From Dendrobates tinctorius (taxonomy: Eukaryota), in the NCBI RefSeq assembly GCF_039654945.1, contig NW_027361687.1, positions 27,714,001-27,778,000 of the forward strand: DNA of 64,000 bases, in the 5' to 3' direction. Numbering within the stretch: the first letter of the stretch is position 1; each line of letters opens with the position of its first letter. The translations under genes were made by a program, and so were the position numbers. The notes below the pieces were generated by a model. The model was not told where the DNA came from. It saw only the letters and a program-made list of their open reading frames with translations, and did not search any database. Of this stretch, positions 41,670 to 53,278 are shown in pieces.

Positions 41670-42465
41670 GATGTTGCTAGAGACCGATCCAGAAAGGTTG
41701 CACAGGTGTTCTCTGATCCATCTAATCAGGGGGTGGCAGACCTAGACAAGAGTCTCAACAAATTTGAAAAGCTGCTTATATTGGAAACTAAAATCTGGTG
41801 GGATCATGCCACCTTAAATAACTATATTGCAAAGGACATGATACCAAGAGGTTTACGTATAAAAAAAACTGCCTACTACTGTTTACTCAGATGAGTTTAA
41901 AAATGAATGGAATGCTATATTGAGCAATTGTTCGGCAAATTTAATGAAATTAATAATAAAATATGAAGATCAGAAATTGAAGGAAATACAAGAGGAATTG
42001 AGTCTATTGAACATTTCAATGGTGGAATACAAAACATTACCACAATTTGACTCTTCAGTGACTGCTGTGAACAAAAAGGTGTCAACATTGGAAGATGAAA
42101 TTATGGATAGAAAGAAAAAAAAGTTCACAAGAGACTTGAATGACTATTCTACCAATATGGTGTATGAATGGGGAAAATGGAAGGGTCTAAATAGAACCCC
42201 AAAATCTATCTTGAAGCAAAGCCATGTTCACAATAAGCACAGAAACTCCACCAGAATTCCAAGATCTCATGTTTCCTTCACTTCATCAGAGTTGGATTCT
42301 TCTGACAATTTTTCAAGCATATCTGATGTTTCGTCTAATGAGATCACTCCAGGTGCGTCCAGACGTAATCTTCATTATTCAAAAAACGTCAGAGGTGTGG
42401 AGGCAGAAAACACCGGAGGAACACAAGGAATTACAACTCGTAGAAAAAAATATTGGCACCAATAA
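41670..42465 (+). pseudogene. PLE upstream ORF1 (coiled-coil rich), one extra A at ~41868
   Basis: KIWWDHATLNNYIAKDMIPRGLRIKK-[shift]-LPTTVYSDEFKNEWNAILSNCSANLMKLIIKYEDQKLKEIQEEL...KKFTRDLNDY; stop at 42463-42465. Confidence 0.75.
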
Positions 42466-45370
42466 AAAGCTGCAATAATGTCCTCAATTTATCTTCCATT
42501 ATTCTAACCAAAGAACAAACCCAAATATTATCATTGGGTCTCAATTTTGTCCCTGATCGAGATTTTGATCTGTTTTCCACCATTATGGACGTTAATAAAT
42601 TTATTCGCAATTTGACAGTTAAAAAACATTTTTTTGACATTGATAATTCAGATTGTGTCCCTCTATCTAGTCACCCCTCAGATGCTAACAATGAGTTTGT
42701 GGACATGAATTTTGAGGAACAGTTAGCACTGGTTACTCTGCAGGATCTAGATGAACATTCCCTTTCCAGCAATGATCAATGTGAACAGACACATGCTTTT
42801 GAGACAAAAAATCCGTATTTTTACCCAAACGAGATCTAGTTGCATGGAACAATTTCAGGATATGGTAGAGAGGGATTTGCTCCATTTATATGATCAAATG
42901 AAATCCAAAGATAAATCAAACAACAACAAAAATTTTTCAAATTATCAGCACAAAATCCTGCAGGATTTGAAAAATAATGCTGATTTAGTCATTAAAATGT
43001 CAGACAAGGGAGGAGTGGTAGTGGTATTGAATGCCACTGATTATTTTCAAAAAATGATGGAATTATTATCAGACTAAGTACCATCTATAAAAAACTACCG
43101 CATAACCCGTCAATAAGATTTAAGGAAATAAGTAGTGCTCTAATAAAGGAAGGTTCCAGTTTGGGGATTTTAACAGCTAGTCAAGCAGAATACTTGGAGG
43201 TAAAAAATCCCATTTTGCCAATAATACATGGGGTCCCCAAAATCCATAAATCTGAGGGTATTCCACCTTTGCGCCCAATAGTATCGGGCATTGGCTCAAA
43301 TAATGAGCATTTATGTCAGTGGGTAGATTCGCTGTTACATCCTTTAGTGCAGCGCACCCCGGGATACATCAGGGACTCCAAACAGGTTTTGGGGGCATTC
43401 TCCAAAAACACTTGGTCATCCAAATATAGTTGGCTAACTTGTGATGTTATTTAATTATACACGTGCATTTTCCATGATATAGCCATACGAGCATTACAAT
43501 TCCATTTTGTCAAATACAGCAATTTTTCATCTGAGCTGCAAAATTACATTCTACAAGTAGTTGCATTTCTTATGTCACATAATTTCTTCACGTTCAATGG
43601 AGAATTTTTTTTGCAACTTAGAGGAGTTGCAATGGGAGCTAAATTCTCACCCTCCCTTGCAAATCTTGTAATGTCATTCTGGGAAATGGAATATATATAT
43701 TCCACTGCCAACCCTTTTTCAAAGCAATTAATCTGGTATGGTAGATATATCGATGATACCCTCATTATTTGGGGTGGAGATATTTCTGCCATACCAGATT
43801 TCATAAAATATATTAATTCTAATAACTATAATATCAAATTCACGTATAACTACAGTTCTAACAATATTGCATTTCTGGATTTGTGTTTGAGTGGCACAGA
43901 TGGTGCGGTCATTCATACCAAAACGCACCATAAACCATACAGTGGGAACACGGTGCTACATGCAAGGAGCAGTCATTCAAAACATACAATCAGGTCAGTC
44001 CCTGTTGGTGAATACACCAGAGTTAAACGTAATTGCAGCTCAGAGGAATCCTTGCAAGAGGAATTTTCACATGTTACCAATAAATTGACAAATCGCAATT
44101 ATCCAAAATGGACCCTAACTAGAGCACAAAAAATAGTGCAAACCAAAGATTGAAATGACTTGCTGGCATCAAGCACAGAAGGGAAAAAAAAGGCAATAAC
44201 TATGGGAAAAAAACCCTATATATGTTTCCAGTATAGCCCGCAATTCACATCTATAAAAAATATTGTTCACAAGTTTCTACCCATTCTGCACCAGGATAAT
44301 GAATTGGTTAAAATTTTTTATCATCAGGAATTAATGTGGTGTCAAGAAAAGCACCGTCTTTAGGGAGTATATTATCCCCCAGCATGTTTTCACTAACACA
44401 TCACAAGCCTAAAGAAAACTGGTTAACGGTGAAGGGCTTTTACAAATGTGGTGCTAAGGCTGGTTTCATATTAGCGCTTTTTAAGCGCACGCACGGCCGG
44501 GGGTAGCTCCGCCCCCGAGCCGGCTCTCTGCCCGGCGTGCCCGCCCCTTGCTTGTAGCGCCGCCTCCTAGCGGACAGCGGCGCCTGCGATCGGCGCACCC
44601 TATCTTTAGCATAGGGTGCGCAGATCGTGCGCAGGCCGTGCGCTAGTTGCGCTTTGACCTGCGCTGCGCACTTTTGACGGTGCGCCGTGCGCGCCAAAAT
44701 CAAACTTTTCGGATTTTGGCGCGCACGGCGCACCGTCAAAAGTGCGCAGCGCAGGTCAAAGCGCAACTAGCGCACGATCTGCGCACCCTATGCTAAAGAT
44801 AGGGTGCGCCGATCGCAGGCGCCGCTGTGCACTAGGAGGCGGCGCTACAAGCAAGGGGCGGGCACGCCGGGCAGAGAGCCGGCTCGGGGGCGGAGCTACC
44901 CCCGGCCGTGCGTGCGCTTAAAAAGCGCTAATGTGAAACCAGCCTAACATTTGTAAAATATGCAAATATGCCCAAATTTCTCAGGAATTCACTAATAATG
45001 ATCATACTTCTTGTTTTAAAATAAAAAATTATATCAATTGCAATTCTAGCAACATAGTGAATAAAATTAACTGTGAACAATGTGATTTATCCTATGTTGG
45101 TTGCACCTCGAGGCAGCTAAAAATAAGAATAAGGGAACATTTAAATGATATTAGCAATACAAATAATTTTATACGGAATGTCTCAGCAGTTTCCAAACAT
45201 TTTATTGATTGCCATGCCCGCAATACATCACACCTTAAAGTTCAGGGAATAGAAAAAGTAAACCTGTCATCCCGTGGGGGAGACATCAGGCGATGTCTCC
45301 TTACTCGGGAAGCATTTTGGATATACCATTTTTAAATACTAGACATCCAAGCGGTCTCAATAAAAGACAC
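42381..45370 (+). pseudogene. PLE ORF2 (RT, GIY-YIG), disabled, interrupted by a MITE
   Basis: NLSSIILT...LSLGLNFVP, SDKGGVVVV, PKIHK...PLRPIVSG, RYIDD, YKCGANICKIC, YVGCT; several stops and frameshifts. A mirror copy lies at ~37975-41669 (-). Confidence 0.88.
44458..44944. mobile_element. Palindromic Harbinger-type MITE (487 bp), same family as 39780
   Basis: TIR GGCTGGTTTCA.ATTAGCG; TAA TSD (44455-44457, 44945-44947). Confidence 0.9.
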
Positions 45371-45585
45371 GATCTATTGTTGCACTATTGTTGAATTTCC
45401 CCTTTTTTTTTTTTTTCCTCAAAAGAGGAAAAAAAACCTTGTTTTTTTTTGTTTTTTTCTATGTCACTTTTGTATTTAATTACATGTGTCCAATTGGATT
45501 GGCTCATGTGATCATGTGATTTTTATATGATGTTTTATTCGTTAAGCTACATATATATGTCTAATCTAAGGCAAATTTCAAACAT

Positions 45586-45622
45586 GGCTTTGACAAAGAC
45601 CGTCTGGTCGAAACGCGTAGCC
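45586..45622 (+). ncRNA. Hammerhead ribozyme-like motif in PLE pLTR, U3-A8 variant
   Basis: GGC-U-UUGACAA-A-GACC(gucu)GGUC-GAAAC-GC-GUA-GCC; one extra U before the core. Confidence 0.62.
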
Positions 45623-46453
45623 TGTCATCTCTGTTGTGGTGAGGTTATATGGAGAGTCTTCACCATTGTATGTTTTAATGGCTTTTCATTAAAGAAGATT
45701 TTAATAGCAGCTGGAGCAGAACTTTCCTTCTATACTCAATAGGACCGCCCACTGGACTCCTAAATCCCAAACTAGCACAGTTTAGGATTAATACATGACA
45801 AGTTATACCGAATCTGTTCCCTCAAAACTGCAAATAAATCTGGTCACTTTTCTAATGTGACAGGTTCCCCTTACAGTAGATCTGTCATCAGGTTTTACAA
45901 CACGGTGAAAACAGACCTGATAAGGCTGGTGTACTTATTCAAATTCTCCAATTAAAATGAGCATTTTTTGAGTCCAGCTAGAGATGGATTCTTCAAATGG
46001 TCATTTTAGTATTATGCAGGAAAAGTTTCACACAGGTTTATATAGCAATGGATTTTTCACAATAAGTACACCAGCCTCACCAGGTCTAACTATTTATTAA
46101 CTTGACATTTTGTGTTGTGTAATCTGAACGCTCTTCTGCACAGGTTTGCACATATAAGCATATGAGAGACTAGAGGTTAAACTTTTATGTTCACCCTAAA
46201 TATTCATCAACATAGTGTCTGTAATCTGAGAATGTAGAATCTACCATCTTTTATTAGGCATTTAGCTATGCAAATTTTTCTTTTTAGTGAAGATACATAA
46301 AAGCATCAAAAAAAATAACAAAGGTATATTGCAAAGATGTTGGATTTTACAAGTGCTGTCATCGCCAGTGCTAGATAGCTGTGAATCTGCTTTAGCCTCA
46401 ACCATTGTAAAAATAAGTTTTGAAGCATCTGACAACCTGCTAGAAAACTATGA

Positions 46454-46558
<105 letters not shown>

Positions 46559-47502
46559 TGATGTCATTAGTCGGCTCTCGGGACCCAGTCCATCGGCTAC
46601 GTCCGCCATCTGTGGCCTCTTATGGGAGCCCTGGTAACTGAATCTCAGCTGACGCCATCAGCTTCTTTTCTTTTGATTAGGCGGTCTGGCACGACATTAT
46701 CATGGTATAACTCACCTGTGATGTTGCACCAGGCCGGCTAATCAAAAGAAGAGCCGCAGATGCAGTGAGCTTGGAGGTGGTTCTCGGGGGTCTTGCCCGA
46801 TGGCCGCAGATTAGACATAGCAGATGGACCTAGGTCCTGTGAATCGATACTCGCCAACTCCAGAGATAGTATATAATGTAGATTTGGAGGGACGAGTTGT
46901 CATCAAAGGGTTTTCCTATTTGGTACATTTATGACAGATTCCGGTCCCATGGAATGTAGGTTTTGGCGCTCCCATAGTAATTAATGGAAAGCGCAGTGTG
47001 CAGATGTTGAAGGAGCTGGTTTTGCACAGAACCAACAAGCGGTTTGCCTTGTCCAGTTTTCACCAAGTGATTGTTTTGATGCATTTCATGGCCAATCCTA
47101 TAAATCCGTTTTCTTAGAGAGGACCTGTCACCAGATTACTTTTCCCGCTTCTCCCCTGAGTATTCAGTTTTATTTACCGCAAGTCCGCCATATGGTTCCG
47201 GAAAGGTGGGCCTTTTTATTTGTTAAATTGACTCTCAGGATCCTCAGGGGTGTGAGTGAATGGTAACACTGAATTATTACTCTGTGAGCCATACCCCCTT
47301 GTAAAGACCATCAAAAGTAGCACTAAATAAAAAGGCCCATCTCTCCAAAACTGAATGATGGGTTAACAAAAAACAAAATACTCAAGGGAACAGCATTAAT
47401 AGAACAAGCAAAAACTGGTTGTTTTTGAACCAATGATGGGTCCCCTTTAAAGTAGATTAAGATAGAAAATGTCTTCATTGTGTTCTGTACTAATATTTCT
47501 AG

Positions 47503-47660
47503 GTGCTTGACTCTGAACAGGACCCCGGAGAGCATGTGCCAGAAGTGGAGGAGGATATGGACTTGCTGTACGACACCCTGGATATAGAAAATCCAAGTGA
47601 TAGCGGACCTGAAATGGAAGATGACGACAGCGTCCTCAGCACACCCAAACCAAAATTAAA
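47503..47660 (+). CDS. PACS2: PACS2 coding exon (exon 9 equivalent)
   Basis: tttctag|GTG CTT...TTA AA|gtgag; [52 protein letters not shown]; 158 nt. Confidence 0.96.
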
Positions 47661-48700
47661 GTGAGAAATTCAGTACATACTGCTCTGTATGCTTTTATTG
47701 GACATGAATAGACCGTCACATAAGAGACCAAGTAGCTGGCAGCCCGTAGAAGACACTTCTAGATTGTCATCTTAAAGGAATACACCCCAAATTACTTTGG
47801 TTAGGGAAAATCGGTGACATTTAAGAGGATCAGACTGAGTTATATGAAGAAAATACTTATCCCAAAGTGCAGAATGTTTTAGATCGTGGCAAAAAAATAT
47901 ATTTTTTTAAATGCTTCTTGTATTATTTTCAAATATCATTTTGTTTGAGTCCATGCAAGGACTGTCCGCAATTGTATCAAAGCCGATCATCAGTACAGCC
48001 CCGGCTATCTCCAGCAGTGTCCCAGAGTGTGAATGGAGCAGCAGTGTACACACTCAGACCAGGGCCTGGAGTCCCATGTTCTACCTGTCACTAGGGGTTT
48101 CAGCGTTTGGATCTAGAGTTGAGCAAAAATACTGTCATGACTCATGACCCTAAGCTCTGTGAACATCTTCCTACCTGCTGACTTCCTCAGAGCTTCTTCT
48201 AATATGTAGGTCAAGCTTGATGTTGTGCCAGACATACTATTCGGTTGTGGCACCACAAATGCCTGTAGGTAGGAAGAGGTTTGCAAGGCTCTGGTACGAC
48301 TGCCGCAGACTACTGACCTGACCGCAGGACCAGAATCCGGCAAAAAATTTTTTGGAAAACTGGCGAATATGTACGTATGTGTATGGAGCAGGCTCGGAGG
48401 CTGAGCCAGCACTGTACTGGGCAGAGATTACTCCTAGGAAAATGTAGCACATCTAAAATGTAGTGTATATCAAAAATAATAATAAAAAATTTGTATATTG
48501 GAAAAGGCCACTAATGGAGCAGAACATGCCGGGACATATTGTCATATGGAACAGAGTACAGAAGAAAGGAAAAAATGATTATATATATATATATATAAAA
48601 TTTTTCGCACAACATTGTTGGATCTGTGGATGGTGATTGATAAAGATGAGCATTTGGGTAGAAATACCAACTGAGAACTGATGGAAACCTTTTATTCTAG

Positions 48701-48791
48701 GCCTTATTTCGAGGGTCTTTCCCACTCCAGCTCTCAGACGGAGATCGGAAGCTTGCATAGCATAAGAAGCCAGAAAGAATTGCCAAGTCCT
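48701..48791 (+). CDS. PACS2: PACS2 coding exon (exon 10 equivalent)
   Basis: attctag|G CCT TAT...AGT CCT|gtaagt; (K)[30 protein letters not shown]; 91 nt, ends in phase 0. Confidence 0.95.
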
Positions 48792-49166
48792 GTAAGTATA
48801 GTATATAGGTCTGGTGACATGCTGGTTTGGATGTAGACACTGGTGAATAGATTTACAGCATTTATTCTACAGATTGCGGCCAGATAAAGGTTTCTAAGTC
48901 CATAAATGACGCTGTATTATTAATGGAGGGCATGCGAGCCTTACAGAATTGTTTTCTCAGTCGCTTCATTGGGGGAAACAGGAACCAGGGGTTAATATAC
49001 TGTCACCTGGAGGCTAACACTACTTAGTCTTAGAAACTACTACTTAAAGAGTCTAAAAATGTTGACTCCACCCCAGCAGGCAATTCTTTTGCAGCCAACA
49101 TTCAGGTACTCAATTTAGCTTAGTGTCATTCAGAGGCAGATATAGGTCTGAGGAACCAGACATGCC

Positions 49167-52100
49167 TTTTTTTTTTTTTAAATTTATTAACCGTAAAACA
49201 ACATATACACACATGTATATAGCCAAAGTAGTACACGTGCACCTGTCCATATAACTATAAAGGAACAGCAACCTTGCATATTAGATCCTTAGTACAACTT
49301 TGGTTTCATAAGTCCCTGCATTGCTGTGATGATAATAAACCAAATCAACAAGTGGACAGAACATTTTTGTCTTTATAACCACTTGGCGATATATATCTCA
49401 AAATGATACTACACATCTATTGAAACTACTACAACTACTACTAACACATTGCCAAGCACAGTTATGTGTTATTAATATCCATTTGATGCCATAGGATAAC
49501 CAGAAATATTTTAATCATAATATTTACAGTGGTGCTGAACCACTATGTACTAGAATGGTGAGATGAGAGGAGTTCCACCTGTCCCAAATTTTGTCAAATT
49601 TCCCTAGACAGCCCTGGTTTTGATGTAACGTTCGTTCATATGGTATAACATCCAGCACCCCAAATAAACAGACCAGTGGGTTATGGGGAAGCGGGATTGT
49701 ACTAATGAAGTCAGCAGCGATGTTACCTCATTCCAGTAGGAGAGGATAATAGGGTAACTCCACACTATATCAGTAAAGTCTGCCTCTGCTGAGTAACATC
49801 TTAAACATTCCGAAGATTTGAGTCGACCCATTCTGAAGAGTCGTGACGGGGGTTAAATATGACTGGTGTATCATATATACCATAATTGAATCATTCTATT
49901 ATTGATCGATGGAGACACCCCAATCGGAGACTCAAGAACCTCTTCCCAATCCTCGTCCTGAGCATCAGGAATAAGACCCCCCCCCCCCCCCATCTCCTCC
50001 TGACTGCCACCATGGTAGAGCTGGTTCCCACAGACAGCATATAAGTGTATAGAGCGGACATGAGCACCGGGGCCCCTGTGACTTAAGGATTCCTATTAGA
50101 GGGAAAGATAAGATAGTATGGGTCCCACACGCGGAGCATAAATGTGACTGAAAAGCTGATCTGAGCTGAAGGTAGCGAAAAAATTGGGACCTCGGGAAAT
50201 TGTTTTTAGATTGAATTTGTTCGAAGGGACATTAGGACACCATTTACATATAAATCTCTGACCGAGGAAACACCATGTACAATCCAGAAGTCAGCGGATG
50301 TTTTGTTTAACAGCACCGAGAAATAAACATTGTTCCATAATGGCATTTCAGCTAAAATATCCCCGAAGTGGACCACCTTTTTAATCTGTCTCCAAATTGA
50401 CCTTGCTAAACAGAGTAATAATAAATAAATAAAAGGTAATAATCGGGGGGATGCTAGGTTTATTCATTTCCAAAAAACCCAACGGGGCAGTCTATTCGTG
50501 CAGCATGGGCCAGCTAGCTGACTTTCGGAGTTAAGGCCCTTTTACATTTAGCGATGCACCAGCGATCCGACCAGCGATCCCACCCGGTCAGGATCGCTGG
50601 TGCATCGCTAAATGATTGCTAGTGAGCTTTCATACAGAAAGACCTCACAGCGATTCAGCAGCGACGCAGCGCACGATACTTACCATTCACACACAGCGAT
50701 CCTGCGTCCTCCCGCCCGCGTCCAGCGTCGCTCGTCGTCACAGCAGGAAGTCTCAGCAGGAAGCGCCCGACGAGAAATGGAGCCGGACATTCTCGCGCGA
50801 TCAGCGATGAGCAGCGGGGGAGCCGGTCGGAGGTAAGTATCACACATAGCGATATCGCTAGCAATATCGCTATAACGTCACAAAACCAGTGACGTTTTAG
50901 CGATATTGCTAGCGATATCGCTTAGTGTAAAACCCCCTTTAGACCAGTTGCTGTCAGCCATCCATCTACTCAAGGCCTTAACCTGGCCAGCAAGATAATA
51001 TAAATAGAAATCTAGCAGAGCTGCTCCGCCCATCTGTTTAGGTCTCTGCAAAGTAGATAATTTAAGCTTGGGTCTGGTTTTCCCCCATATAAAGGACGTA
51101 ATTAGAGAATTTAAATTTGCAAAGAAGGACTTGGGAATCAGCACCGCACTGTGTTGGAGGTAATAACGAAGCTTAGAGAGCAAAATCATCTTAATTAGGT
51201 TTATACGACCTGCGACAGATAGCGGTAGTTTACTCCAAGATGCAAATTTAAGTTTAACTAGATCCAATAGTGGAAGGATATTAAGTTGTAAGTCAAGTTC
51301 ACAATTTTTTTTTTAAAAATATTTATTCCTAAATATTTGAAATGTGACACTATAAGCAACAAAGATAAAGTATCAAGGTGGACTTGATATTCAGAGAGGA
51401 CCTTACGCGTATTGCCTCGATCGCAAGGACAAAGAGGGCTGGGGAGAGGGGGCACCCCTGACGCGTCCCTATTGACAGGGAAAATGGTTCCGATATAGTT
51501 ATTTATAATTATACGAGCCTTGGGCTTTGCGTATATTATGCTAATCCATTTTTGAAATCTATCACCAAAACCATATTTCCGCAAACACGCAAATAGGAAA
51601 GGCCATTTAAGTGAGTCAAAGGCCTTAGCATCGTCGAACAACGCCAAAGCCCAAGAATTATCCCACACCAAAGAGCTATAGAGAACCACCGACTGGACCC
51701 GCCTAATAATAATAGAAGTGCTTTTGCCAGGCATGAAACCAGTTTGGTCAGGGTGTATGAGATCCAATATAACAGAGTTCAATCCAGTGGCCAGAACCTT
51801 AGTGAAAATCTTATAGTCTACATTAATAAGTGATATGGGGTGGTATGATCCACATTCAAGAAGGTCCTTCCTTTCTTTTTTAAGTACAATAATATTTGCT
51901 TCGTAAAAGGAACCCGGCATACCCCCCCCCCCCCCCTCCAATCCTCTGAAACACCTCTAAGAGAAGTGGCGCTAATGCATCTTTACACTTTCTGTATAGT
52001 TCAATTGGGAACCCATCCGGACCAGGAGCCTTCCCAGAGGCCATATCCATCATAGCACCTTCTATTTCTTCTTTAGTGATATCAGCGTTCAGAAGGGCTC

Positions 52101-52385
52101 GCTGAGTAGAGTCCACCGAGGGGAATTTTATGTCTAATAAGTAGTCCAGACATTGTGGGATATATAATGTATTATTATAGTCAGAAAAGCAATGAAGTAT
52201 ATCCTCAGTTGAGGTTGCTATTGAATTATCTGGTTTCCGAATTTGAAGTATGGTATTAGATGTGTTATGTTGGCGTACAAAGAAGGCCAAAAATTTACTT
52301 GCCTGGTTTCCCAATTCAAAGTAGGACTGACGGGTAAAAAATAGTTTGCGTTTAGACTTGGGAATGTAACATATGGGAAGTCGAG
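49167..52385 (-). mobile_element. 5'-truncated degenerate L1
   Basis: Poly(A) with AATAAA at 49167-49190; ORF2 fragments GKAPGPDGFP, HPDQTGFMPG, AKAFD, LPLSVAGRINLIKM; degenerate TSD CAGACATGCCTT / CAAACATGTCTT. Confidence 0.85.
50534..50938. mobile_element. Harbinger-type MITE (AGCGAT motifs) nested in L1
   Basis: Termini AGGCCCTTTTACATTTAGCGAT / ATCGCTTAGTGTAAAACCCCCT; TTA TSD. Confidence 0.75.
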
Positions 52386-53278
52386 CAAACATGTCTTAAC
52401 CTTGATTAGGCAGGTAAGGAACTAAGCTTTTTCTCTTTTGATCTGCCAGTTTAGAAAGTTGGGTTGAGCTCAGGTGCTCCTGCTATTGCGCAACTCTTCT
52501 TTATTAGGTCGTCCATGACAGCACCACCTGAGAGAGGGGATCTGCCCTCCAGGAACAGGAAATCCTACAGATACATAAGGGCGGCGCCTCTCCCACGCAT
52601 CAGTTGGTTTCCTGTTCCTGGAGGACAGGATTCCCTACAGATCATGCCATCATGGACGAAGGAATCCCCAGGCCGGCTGTCCGACTCAGGTAGCGGGGGG
52701 GTCTCCTACCTCGGGCAGTACGGAGTCCCCTGGAAGCGCCACGGTGGCCCGGGTAGGGTTCCACGTTAGTGTGCGGGGCAGGTGGGAGCGGGGTCCGGCG
52801 GATGCCCGTCTCCTGGGCCGGCGGGTAAGTATGGGTCCTCTTCCCGGACCCCGGTCCTGCTGGTGCGGTCTCCCTTCATCCAGGCTGCGGTCGGGGGCGT
52901 GCGGCTGTGCCTCGGTGGCGTGCGGGGAGCGCTTTGCGGAGTCGGGCGCCGCCATGGCGCTGGTGGCCTGCGCGTCCCCGCGCGTTCGCTCAGACCGGAA
53001 GTGACGCGGTTGGCGGGGAGCGGGGCCAGTGGCGCCGAACCGGAAGTCGTATGCCGGCCGGCTTTCCTCCCTGTTGGTCCCCAGGCGCATCGGCGTGGGC
53101 GCCGACAGAGTGGCAGGGGCAGGAGTGGTGCACGGGGGGGGGGGAGTACCCATGGACGTCGGAGGGAAAGGGGGGGGCGAGAATCAGCCCCTGACCATGA
53201 CACCTGTGAACCCGGGTTTGCCGGGGGGAAGAAAAGGGCACAGAAACACTGCAGAGCGGCTTTAGCTCAGGTGCAGGA

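Larger units (their letters stand above)
37535..45733. mobile_element. Penelope-like retroelement (Neptune-like) inserted as a giant inverted duplication
   Basis: 13-bp TSD ACTCAATAGGACC (37522-37534, 45734-45746); arm 37612-41669 (-) is the reverse complement of 42434-45733 (+) apart from MITEs; RT (GVAMGAKFSPSLANL, RYIDD) plus Cys linker and GIY-YIG (SYVGCTSRQLKIRIREH). Confidence 0.93.

Noticed and set aside
41859-41872. A-run in PLE ORF1 as a second programmed frameshift
   Set aside because: It needs a +1 shift inside a continuous motif (PRGLRIKK-LPT); better explained as a homopolymer insertion or sequencing error.
44151-44153. In-frame TGA in PLE ORF2 as possible selenocysteine (as reported for some Naiad PLEs)
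   Set aside because: Context KD*NDLL fits CGA(Arg)>TGA CpG decay rather than a Cys position; the copy has many other lesions; no SECIS recognised.
37612-45733. Giant inverted repeat as an assembly artefact
   Set aside because: The arms have private substitutions and different TSD-flanked MITE insertions, and the whole unit has a 13-bp TSD.
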